Origin: a bacterium
GTDB taxonomy: Bacteria; Cyanobacteriota; Vampirovibrionia; Gastranaerophilales; JBAXKC01
NCBI GenBank assembly: GCA_037137535.1
Contig: JBAXKC010000037.1
Span: forward strand, 1-23,988
Direction: 5' to 3'
Length of the DNA: 23,988 bases
The notes under the pieces: model-generated
Seen by the model: the letters and a program-made list of their open reading frames with translations, nothing else
What the model was told of the DNA's origin: nothing
The model's database searches: none
Translations under genes and position numbers: made by a program
Shown here: in pieces, positions 16,581 through 23,988 of the stretch
Layout of the letters: every line of letters begins with the position of its first letter
How positions within the stretch are numbered: position 1 is the stretch's first letter

Positions 16581-18527
16581 TTATTCGCCTATTTTGGTTT
16601 TTCCTTTTGATCGGACTTCCTCTAATATCTGAGCAAGGAACTCTTCAGCCGTAACTGTGCCTAAGTTTCCTTTTTCTTTTGATCTTATAGCGACTTTTTT
16701 ATCTTCAACTTCTTTATCGCCCATAACAAGCATATAAGGGACTTTTCTTACCTGTGCTTCACGAATTTTATAATTCATACTTTCGCTTCTGTCATCAAGA
16801 TTAACTCTTATTCCTGCATCTCTTAGCATCGAATGAACTTCTTCTGCGTATTCAACGTGTCTTTCAGAGATTGGAACAAGTGTAACTTGTTCAGGAGCAA
16901 GCCATGTCGGGAAAGCACCTGCATAGTGTTCGATTAATATACCGATAAATCTTTCCATAGTTCCGAAAATAACTCTGTGAATCATTACAGGAGTTTGCAA
17001 AGAACCGTCTTTGTCGGTGTACTTGAGGTCAAATCTTATAGGAAGGTTAAAATCAAGCTGAATGGTAGCTCCTTGCCATGTTCTTCCGATAGCGTCAGTT
17101 AATTTAAAGTCAATTTTAGGACCATAAAAAGCACCGTCAGCTTCGTTGATTTCGTAAGAAATATTTTTTGAATCAAGAGCTTCTTTTAGTCCTGCTTCTG
17201 CTTTATCCCAAACATCCAGCGTACCTACATAGTTATCTGGTCTTGTTGAAAGTTCAACTGAATATTTCATACCAAACATGCTCAAAGTATCATCAACAAA
17301 ATCAATAATTCTATTAATTTCACTTACGAATTGGTCAGGAGTACAGAAAATGTGAGCATCATCCTGAGTAAAGCCTCTTACTCTAGTCATACCGTGTAAT
17401 GCACCTGAACGTTCATATCTGTAAACAGTTCCAAGTTCTGCCATTCTGATGGGCAAGTTTCTGTAACTGTGTCTTTTTGCTTGATACATAAGTATATGGA
17501 ACGGGCAGTTCATTGGTTTAAGAACATAATCCTGTTCATCAACGGTCATATAGAACATATTTTCTCTAAAATGCTCGTTATGTCCTGATATATCCCATAA
17601 TTGAGATTTTGCGATATGTGGAGAATAAACGATATCATATCCTCTTTTTCTATGTTCGGTTCTCCAGTATTCTTCAATACTTTCTCTGACCACGCTAAGA
17701 TTGGCATGCCATAAGATAAGCCCTGAGCCTACTTCTTCTCTTATGCTAAATAAATCCAGCTGATTTGCAAGTTTTCTGTGATCTCTTTTTTCAGCTTCTT
17801 CAAGTCTTAAAAGGTGAGCATCAAGCTCTTCTTTTGTCCAAAAAGCAGTAGCATATATTCTTTGAAGCATTTTATTCTGCTCATTACCACGCCAGTAAGC
17901 TCCTGCAACGGTTAAAAGTTTAAAAGATTTAACAAATTTAGATGACGGTAAATGTGGACCTCTACAAAAGTCATTCCACACTATATTTCCATCTTTGGAT
18001 TTATTCATATATAAAGTAGGATTATGCTCGGCATGTTCGGTCATAAGTTCTGCTTTATATATTTCGCCTTTGTTTTTAAATTCTTCAATTTGAGCATTTA
18101 CATCTTTAACATCAACTTTTGCAAAAATCTGATCTTCTTTTATTATTTTTTTCATTTCATCTTCAATTTTAGGAAGATCTTCAGGCTTTAACTGATGATC
18201 AGCAATATCAAAATCATAATAAAATCCGTTTTCAATGCTCGGGCCAATAGCAACTTTTGCATTAGGATAAAGTCTTTGTACTGCCTGAGCCATAATATGT
18301 GCCGTTGAATGTCTTAAGACTTCTAAAGAAGCAGGATCTTTTGAAGTTAAAATTCTAACTTCGTCATTATCCTTTAATATTGTGCCTATATCGGCAATTT
18401 GACCGTTTACTTCAGCAGCAACAGAATTTCTTTTAAGACCTTCGCTTATAGAACCTGCAAGATCAGCTACAGTTGAGTTATCTTCCAGTTCTTTTATACT
18501 TCCGTCAGGCAATTTAACATTTATCAT
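16581..18527 (-). CDS. thrS: Threonine--tRNA ligase
   Basis: TGS domain, LRHSTAH, DFCRGPH, RDHRKL, KPMNCPFH, YRYERSG, RVRGFTQDDAH, FYGPKID, HRVIFG, anticodon-binding domain. Confidence 0.99.
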   Translation of the reverse strand: MINVKLPDGSIKELEDNSTVADLAGSISEGLKRNSVAAEVNGQIADIGTILKDNDEVRILTSKDPASLEVLRHSTAHIMAQAVQRLYPNAKVAIGPSIENGFYYDFDIADHQLKPEDLPKIEDEMKKIIKEDQIFAKVDVKDVNAQIEEFKNKGEIYKAELMTEHAEHNPTLYMNKSKDGNIVWNDFCRGPHLPSSKFVKSFKLLTVAGAYWRGNEQNKMLQRIYATAFWTKEELDAHLLRLEEAEKRDHRKLANQLDLFSIREEVGSGLILWHANLSVVRESIEEYWRTEHRKRGYDIVYSPHIAKSQLWDISGHNEHFRENMFYMTVDEQDYVLKPMNCPFHILMYQAKRHSYRNLPIRMAELGTVYRYERSGALHGMTRVRGFTQDDAHIFCTPDQFVSEINRIIDFVDDTLSMFGMKYSVELSTRPDNYVGTLDVWDKAEAGLKEALDSKNISYEINEADGAFYGPKIDFKLTDAIGRTWQGATIQLDFNLPIRFDLKYTDKDGSLQTPVMIHRVIFGTMERFIGILIEHYAGAFPTWLAPEQVTLVPISERHVEYAEEVHSMLRDAGIRVNLDDRSESMNYKIREAQVRKVPYMLVMGDKEVEDKKVAIRSKEKGNLGTVTAEEFLAQILEEVRSKGKTKIGE

Positions 18528-18542
18528 TTTTTTTTCCTTTGA

Positions 18543-19379
18543 CTAACTTAGTAACTGTTTTCTTATTTTTAATATATCCCGAACACGAGATTTATATTTC
18601 AGTCCCGATTTTTCAACCCATTCAACCATGTGTTGTTTAAGGTTATTATACTCCCATCGACTATTATTTATATCACTTTCGTCAAATAATATCAAAGCTC
18701 TGTTATTTTCATAGGAAATAATTTCCCCTTTGATATCGCAAATAGAACATTTTATTTGATTTTGTCCTGTTATTGCAAATTTATCCGTCTTACATAAAGG
18801 GCATTGTGCAGAAGGGTTTTGAACCGTTTTTTTTCTAAACATCTCTTTTGTGAATAATTCGATTTCATTACTAATATTATCAGTTAATAAGACTTCAGAG
18901 GGTCCTTGAGCGTAAAATATTTTCAAATCATTGAGATAGAACCCTGAAGATAATAAAAATCTTGCTATTTCTTCAACAACATTACCCAGCCAACCATTAC
19001 GTCCAGCAGTAATAATAATTTTTGCAGGTTTAGGATTAGCAAAGTCAATAATATTATGATAATAAAGCATTCTATCAATTAAAGCTTTTAAACTCGAAGG
19101 TGCGCCAAGAAAATAAACAGGTGAAGCAATTATAAGGCTGTCACATGCGGAAATTTCATCCGTAAACTGCTTAAAATCATCCTCTAAGAAACAAAAATTA
19201 TTATTAATGGCACAGGACATGCAGCCGATACAATTTTTTATATCCAAATCTTTTATATTTAATCTTTTAAGTTCTTTATCAGAATAAGTTTTGTTTATGG
19301 ATTTTTCCACAAGCGACAATAAAGAATCACTATTCCCCTTCATTCTATGCGAAAAATTTATTGAAAGTATTTTGTCCAT
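18543..19379 (-). CDS. Flavodoxin-family Fe-S flavoprotein with an extra C-terminal CxxC...CxxC domain
   Basis: [15 protein letters not shown]....[17 protein letters not shown]-terminal CPLC and CSIC. Confidence 0.88.
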   Translation of the reverse strand: MDKILSINFSHRMKGNSDSLLSLVEKSINKTYSDKELKRLNIKDLDIKNCIGCMSCAINNNFCFLEDDFKQFTDEISACDSLIIASPVYFLGAPSSLKALIDRMLYYHNIIDFANPKPAKIIITAGRNGWLGNVVEEIARFLLSSGFYLNDLKIFYAQGPSEVLLTDNISNEIELFTKEMFRKKTVQNPSAQCPLCKTDKFAITGQNQIKCSICDIKGEIISYENNRALILFDESDINNSRWEYNNLKQHMVEWVEKSGLKYKSRVRDILKIRKQLLS

Positions 19380-19469
19380 CAGCTTAATATCTTAACTTTT
19401 TTTTCATATATAATATCTTATATTCATTATATTAAAAAAAAGAGATTATTTCATTGGAGATATAAAATA

Positions 19470-20183
19470 ATGGTAACTTTAGGTGTAAATATAGATCATG
19501 TTGCAACATTAAGACAGGCAAGAGGCGGGGTTGAGCCTGATCCTGTCACAGCTGCGGCAATTGCTGAATTTGCGGGAGCTGATGCAATTACAGTCCATCT
19601 TCGTGAAGACAGAAGACATATACAGGATAGAGATTTAAACCTTTTAAAACATACCGTTAAAACAAGAATAAACCTTGAAATGGCAGCAACAGAAGAGATG
19701 AGAGAAATTGCCCTTGAAGTTAAGCCATACAGCGTAACTCTCGTTCCTGAAAAAAGACAGGAAGTAACGACAGAAGGCGGTTTGGATATTGTTGGACAGG
19801 AAGAACACTTAAAACAATATATTAAACCGTTTCTTGAAGAAGGAATAATTGTAAGTTTGTTTATTGATCCAGATTTTGCACAGGTCGAAGCCTCTGCTAG
19901 GATTGGGGCTCATTTTATTGAACTTCATACAGGTCAATATGCAGAAGCGTTTAACACAAATGATGAGGAAATTGCATATAAAAGTTTAAAAGAAGCAGCC
20001 AAACATGCTCATCACCTTGATCTTAGAGTTAATGCAGGACATGGGCTTAATTATAATAATGTAACAAGAATTTTAAATATTAAATGTTTAGAAGAACTGA
20101 ATATCGGGCATAGTATTATTTCAAGGGCAGTTTTTACAGGTCTTGAAGTTGCTGTAAGAGATATGAAAAAACTTATATCTTAA
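19470..20183 (+). CDS. pdxJ: Pyridoxine 5'-phosphate synthase
   Basis: [69 protein letters not shown]. Confidence 0.99.
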   Translation: MVTLGVNIDHVATLRQARGGVEPDPVTAAAIAEFAGADAITVHLREDRRHIQDRDLNLLKHTVKTRINLEMAATEEMREIALEVKPYSVTLVPEKRQEVTTEGGLDIVGQEEHLKQYIKPFLEEGIIVSLFIDPDFAQVEASARIGAHFIELHTGQYAEAFNTNDEEIAYKSLKEAAKHAHHLDLRVNAGHGLNYNNVTRILNIKCLEELNIGHSIISRAVFTGLEVAVRDMKKLIS

Positions 20184-20418
20184 AAAAGAGTTAGACAATT
20201 GTATGATTACAGGACTATTGATTTTAAAGATAAACTGTTTTAGTATTTAAACTTCATTCAATTAGTTCATGAGAGGCAGCATGTAAAAAATATAAAATAC
20301 TGTTAATATAGTATTTTATTAAATATTTATTAAATTTTTTTAAAGACTATCAATTTTTTTAAAATGATGTTTTTAAACATGTAGAAGAAGAGAATCATAC
20401 AATAGGAGTTCAAAAAAA

Positions 20419-20802
20419 ATGCCAAAATTTCCTCAAAACGATGGAGTGAGGAGCGCAAATATAAATAATTGCCCTAAATATAAAAAAGCAGAACATAACG
20501 CTCAAGCCACTCCGCAACAATATGAAGACAAAAATATCAACTTAGGAAATTCTCCAACTAATTTCCTTGGAAGATCTCAGGTTCAAAAAGCACAAAGATT
20601 AAACCTTAAAAACTTTGATGCTCAAATGGTAGAAAATATCAAAAAAGATATGCTTGCTTTCAGTGCGAATAAAAACGCTCATGTGGCAGCAGATGCAGTT
20701 TTTGAGAAATCTTACAATAAAGAATCTAAAGAAAATAATCCTAATGCTTATGAACATGCTGTAAAAGTTCAATCTGAATTTATTAACGAATTTCAGAAAT
20801 AA
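20419..20802 (+). CDS. Hypothetical protein (polar N-terminus, TNFLGRSQV motif, helical C-terminus)
   Basis: 127-aa ORF with SD AGGAG and a downstream terminator; no family recognised. Confidence 0.8.
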   Translation: MPKFPQNDGVRSANINNCPKYKKAEHNAQATPQQYEDKNINLGNSPTNFLGRSQVQKAQRLNLKNFDAQMVENIKKDMLAFSANKNAHVAADAVFEKSYNKESKENNPNAYEHAVKVQSEFINEFQK

Positions 20803-20822
20803 ACTTTAATCACTGATTCAAA

Positions 20823-20867
20823 TAACAATATCCCCCTATTACATAAAGTAATAGGGGGATATTGTTA
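20823..20867. terminator. Perfect 20-bp inverted repeat between convergent genes (probable bidirectional terminator)
   Basis: TAACAATATCCCCCTATTAC - ATAAA - GTAATAGGGGGATATTGTTA; overlaps the ferredoxin stop codon. Confidence 0.8.
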
Positions 20868-21050
20868 AAGTTCTAATGATATTTTTATTACATTTACAGG
20901 GCATAGTTCAGCAGCTGTATAGCAATCATCTTCATTCCCTATTATATTTTCTTCCTGTATATGAGCTACCGCATTTAAAAAGAAAACTTCAGCGTTAATT
21001 GTTTCACAAGCTCCACAAGCAATACAACCTTGTAATATCTCAATTTTCAT
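20865..21050 (-). CDS. Single-cluster [4Fe-4S]/[3Fe-4S] ferredoxin
   Basis: CIACGAC...EVF...AAELCPVNVI; ATG 21050 follows SD GGGGA and is preferred over TTG 21062. Confidence 0.92.
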   Translation of the reverse strand: MKIEILQGCIACGACETINAEVFFLNAVAHIQEENIIGNEDDCYTAAELCPVNVIKISLEL

Positions 21051-21282
21051 AAACATCCCCAATAATCTTAATAATTAGCTTTTAAATTATATAAGCTAAT
21101 CTTTTATTATTAATTAACCATTAGAGTAAAGATTATTTATAATCATGCAAGAAAATCATTGCTAAAGGGGTAAAGGTGGTTAGATTAGTATAAGCAATTT
21201 TTAAAGGCAATTTGTTTTTATTATCTTACAGGTAAATCAGTTATTGTTGATAATTTTTTTATATAACTAAAGGATGGAATGA

Positions 21283-22164
21283 ATGATTTCAAAACTTAAT
21301 CAGACGAATCAGATTACTACAAATTACAACGTCTCAACTCAACCTAAAGCAGAGAACAATACTTCTTTGTTAACACAAGATGCGCCAGAAGATAGTTTTA
21401 CTAAAGCTAAACCCACAGGCAAACAAGAAGTTGCTTTTTCAGGTAGATTCACAGGTATAAAAAATTTTTTTACAAAATTAATTGGAAATGAAGGCACGCA
21501 ACTTACAAAAGCAGTACAAAACACTGCTGATAACATTATGGGGCAAATCACTTCCAAAGCCTCTATTATAGAAAAAAAAGTGCTTGCTGACGGTTATATG
21601 ATTGAACGTTTTGAAAACCCTATAACTAAAAGTGTTTCAAGATTTTCTTCGCTTGCAACAAAAAGTGCAAAAGAAATTTCAAGTGAACAATTAATTGCAG
21701 GTTATGAGGCAACTAAAAGAGGAGGTTATGCTGCCGCTGAGTCTTCATTAATGTATTCAATTGCAAAAGCTAAAGAATCAGGAGCAGAAGGCAAAGAAAT
21801 TTTAATGCAGGGCTTACAGCAACTTGCTCATACCTTTGCAAAACAACCTGATAAAAAAGAATATGTAAAACCTGTACTTGATGAACTAAAAACACTTTTA
21901 AAAGAAGAAAAAGGCTCTAAAAAAATACTAGAAAACTATACATGGCTGTCAAAATGCTATAAAAGTCTAGGTCAAACCTCTTTATCAAATGAATGTCTTA
22001 ATAATGCTAAAGAAATTGGAAGTGCGGCTGCATCATCAGGTAAAATATCTTGGGTGCAGTATTTTGAATCAATTGGAGATAAGGCAGGACTTGAAAGTTA
22101 TATAAAAAATGCCAACGCAAGAGGAATTCCAATAGACAGAGCAGGAATAAATAAAAGCTGGTAA
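21283..22164 (+). CDS. Hypothetical protein with N/T/Q-rich leader ending VAFSG and helical (TPR-like) C-terminus
   Basis: 293-aa ORF with SD AAGGA; no family recognised; followed by a terminator. Confidence 0.8.
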   Translation: MISKLNQTNQITTNYNVSTQPKAENNTSLLTQDAPEDSFTKAKPTGKQEVAFSGRFTGIKNFFTKLIGNEGTQLTKAVQNTADNIMGQITSKASIIEKKVLADGYMIERFENPITKSVSRFSSLATKSAKEISSEQLIAGYEATKRGGYAAAESSLMYSIAKAKESGAEGKEILMQGLQQLAHTFAKQPDKKEYVKPVLDELKTLLKEEKGSKKILENYTWLSKCYKSLGQTSLSNECLNNAKEIGSAAASSGKISWVQYFESIGDKAGLESYIKNANARGIPIDRAGINKSW

Positions 22165-22244
22165 ACCTAAAAGCCCAAAACACCTTGCTTATACAATAAA
22201 CTGATTCTCATAAGCAAAGTAAAAGATAAACTCAAGCAATTAAT

Positions 22245-22280
22245 AAATGGTTTCTGTATTGAATAGAAACCATTTTGTTT
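22245..22280 (+). terminator. Intrinsic terminator after the 293-aa hypothetical gene
   Basis: AAATGGTTTCT / AGAAACCATTT inverted repeat followed by TGTTT. Confidence 0.65.
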
Positions 22281-22410
22281 GATTGATATAAATTATTATG
22301 AATTCTTGTTATATCGTTTTTAAAATCGTAAACACTTTTGAAAATATAAATGTTTTATATATAATAAATTTTTTAAAAAATTTGTAGCTAAAGGCACTAA
22401 GAGGATAAAA

Positions 22411-23022
22411 ATGAAAACAAATTTAAATCTAAGTATAACTCAATGTTACACTCAAAAAACACATAATGCACAAGAAACTAATAAAATTCAAAATATTAAG
22501 CCTGATAGCATTTCCTTTAAAGGTAATCATTTTGAGCCTATATTAAACCTAGTCAGAGAAGAGGTAAAAAGTATCCTTCCTGAAGTAAATAATCCTGAAA
22601 AACTTTTAATTATTCTAAACATGGAGCATCATAATATTTCAAACCCAAAAGATTTTACAAAAGCAGTTGCAGGGAAAATAGCTAAAATGGAAAAAAAACC
22701 ATTTCAAGAAATGGTAGAAGGCTTTAGTAATATTGACAATATAAAATGGCTTGAATCAATGTTTAGAGATATTGCAGAATTCCTGCCTGAAGAACGACAA
22801 AAGGAATTTACAAAACTGGCAGATAAAGCTGTTTTTGAGAAAAATAATGATTGTAATCCTTTTAAAAAATCTAAAAATCCTATCTTGTTTAATATTGGAC
22901 ATCTTTTGGGAAATGTAATGTCAGATTTTATTAGGGTTGATGTGGAAGGACGAAATTCTTTTAAATATATAGAGAGAGATCTTTGGATTAATCCTGAAAC
23001 TATAAATCAATCAAAGAAATAA
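22411..23022 (+). CDS. Hypothetical protein with polar leader ending DSISFKG
   Basis: 203-aa ORF with SD GAGGA; no family recognised. Confidence 0.8.
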   Translation: MKTNLNLSITQCYTQKTHNAQETNKIQNIKPDSISFKGNHFEPILNLVREEVKSILPEVNNPEKLLIILNMEHHNISNPKDFTKAVAGKIAKMEKKPFQEMVEGFSNIDNIKWLESMFRDIAEFLPEERQKEFTKLADKAVFEKNNDCNPFKKSKNPILFNIGHLLGNVMSDFIRVDVEGRNSFKYIERDLWINPETINQSKK

Positions 23023-23047
23023 TCGTTGAAGCATATAAAACTCAAAC

Positions 23048-23071
23048 AGGGTAAGCTATATAGCTTACCCT
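23048..23071. terminator. Palindromic hairpin between the convergent hypothetical gene and aspS
   Basis: Perfect 24-bp palindrome AGGGTAAGCTATATAGCTTACCCT flanked by AAAC and ATTT. Confidence 0.75.
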
Positions 23072-23092
23072 ATTTAAAATAACAATTAATAA

Positions 23093-23988
23093 TTACTTCT
23101 TCGGCACAACCATCTTAATATAAAGCTCTCTAAGCTGAGCTTCCGAAGCAACAGCAGGAGCATCAGTCATTAAGCATTTCGCCTGTGAGTTTTTAGGGAA
23201 AGCTATAACATCTCTGATAGACGGAGTTTTTACAATTAGTGCTACTAATCTATCAAGTCCTAAAGCGATTCCGCCATGAGGAGGTGCTCCGTATTTGAAC
23301 GCATCTATCATAAACCCGAATTTCTCTGAAATTTCTTCTTCTGCAAGTCCTAAAACTCTGAAATTCTGCTGTTGAAGAGCTGAAGAATGAATACGAATAC
23401 TTCCGCCACCAAGCTCATTTCCATTATAGATAATGTCATAAGCTTTTGCACGACACTCTAAAGGTGCTGTTTCCATAAGCTCAATATCTTCATCTAAAGG
23501 TGCTGTAAACGGATGGTGAACTGCTACAAGTCTTCCTGTTTCTTCATCTTGTTCATACATCGGGAAATCAACAACCCAAAGTAAATCATGTTTACTATGG
23601 TCTATCATTTCAAGCTTTTCACCAAAATGAAGTCTTAATCTTCCAAGTATATCAAGCACAACTTTTGCTTTATCAGCTAAGAAAAACACTACGTCGCCAG
23701 CTTTAGCATCAGCTCTTTTTTGAATAAGTCCGATTTCTTCTTCTGTTAAATATTTCAGAACAGGTGATTTAACAGTTCCGTCCTCACAATATGTAATCCA
23801 TGCAAGACCCTTTGCTCCAAAAGAAATAGCAAGATTACGAACATCGTCCATATCTTTTCTGCTGTAATTTGCAATTCCCGGAATGGAGATAGCTCTTACT
23901 GTTCCACCACTTTTTACAACATCTGCAAAAGCTGTGAAACTGCTGTTTTCCATAACATCACTTACATCAAAAAGCTCTAAGCCAAATC
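23093..23988 (-). CDS. aspS: Aspartate--tRNA ligase, C-terminal part (5' end lies outside the window)
   Basis: Frame stays open to the window edge (FGLELFDVSDV before the listed Met); GAD domain, WVVDFPMY, HHPFT, AYDIIYNGNELGGGSIRIH, YGAPPHGGIALGLDR, IRDVIAFPK. Confidence 0.98.
   Translation of the reverse strand, partial: FGLELFDVSDVMENSSFTAFADVVKSGGTVRAISIPGIANYSRKDMDDVRNLAISFGAKGLAWITYCEDGTVKSPVLKYLTEEEIGLIQKRADAKAGDVVFFLADKAKVVLDILGRLRLHFGEKLEMIDHSKHDLLWVVDFPMYEQDEETGRLVAVHHPFTAPLDEDIELMETAPLECRAKAYDIIYNGNELGGGSIRIHSSALQQQNFRVLGLAEEEISEKFGFMIDAFKYGAPPHGGIALGLDRLVALIVKTPSIRDVIAFPKNSQAKCLMTDAPAVASEAQLRELYIKMVVPKK

Noticed and set aside
18528-19469. T-box or riboswitch upstream of thrS or pdxJ
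   Set aside because: Intergenic gaps are short and AT-rich, with no T-box consensus or terminator/antiterminator
21339-21557. 72-aa minus-strand ORF
   Set aside because: Antisense to the 293-aa gene, which has its own SD and terminator
22185-22217. TTGCTTAT/ATAAGCAA inverted repeat as a mobile-element end
   Set aside because: Only 8 bp, AT-rich, no target-site duplication and no transposase nearby
23093-23953. aspS as a truncated 286-aa gene
   Set aside because: The frame is open to the window edge, so the truncation is a window artefact
1-23988. CRISPR array, tRNA/rRNA, IS or prophage genes
   Set aside because: No regularly spaced repeats, cloverleaf or rRNA-like segments, or transposase/integrase/phage motifs seen by eye

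Overview
AT-rich bacterial chromosomal window with about 23 genes. I found no rRNA, tRNA, CRISPR array, transposase or phage gene. A cyanobacterial-type Hfq, pdxJ, an anaerobic 2-oxoacid:ferredoxin oxidoreductase and the absence of photosynthesis genes suggest a non-photosynthetic cyanobacterial relative (Melainabacteria/Vampirovibrionia, Gastranaerophilales-like); this is inference. Housekeeping and redox genes are recR, ybaB/ebfC, OFOR alpha/beta, thrS, pdxJ, a ferredoxin, a partial aspS, a nitroreductase, two Fe-S flavoproteins, and an FAD oxidoreductase-AmrB/LigB-AmrA operon. Most interesting observations: (1) four unrelated orphan proteins share a polar, non-Sec N-terminal leader ending in x-x-F-x-[G/A], a candidate lineage-specific export or processing signal; (2) one of them is an atypical PP-loop (YGGGKDS, CxxC) enzyme next to a secreted, divergent serpin-fold protein; (3) an orphan multi-GAF histidine kinase has cyanobacteriochrome-like DxC and CH cysteines in its second GAF; (4) the cyanobacterial-type Hfq is coupled to a secreted TPR protein and converges on a signal-less metzincin.
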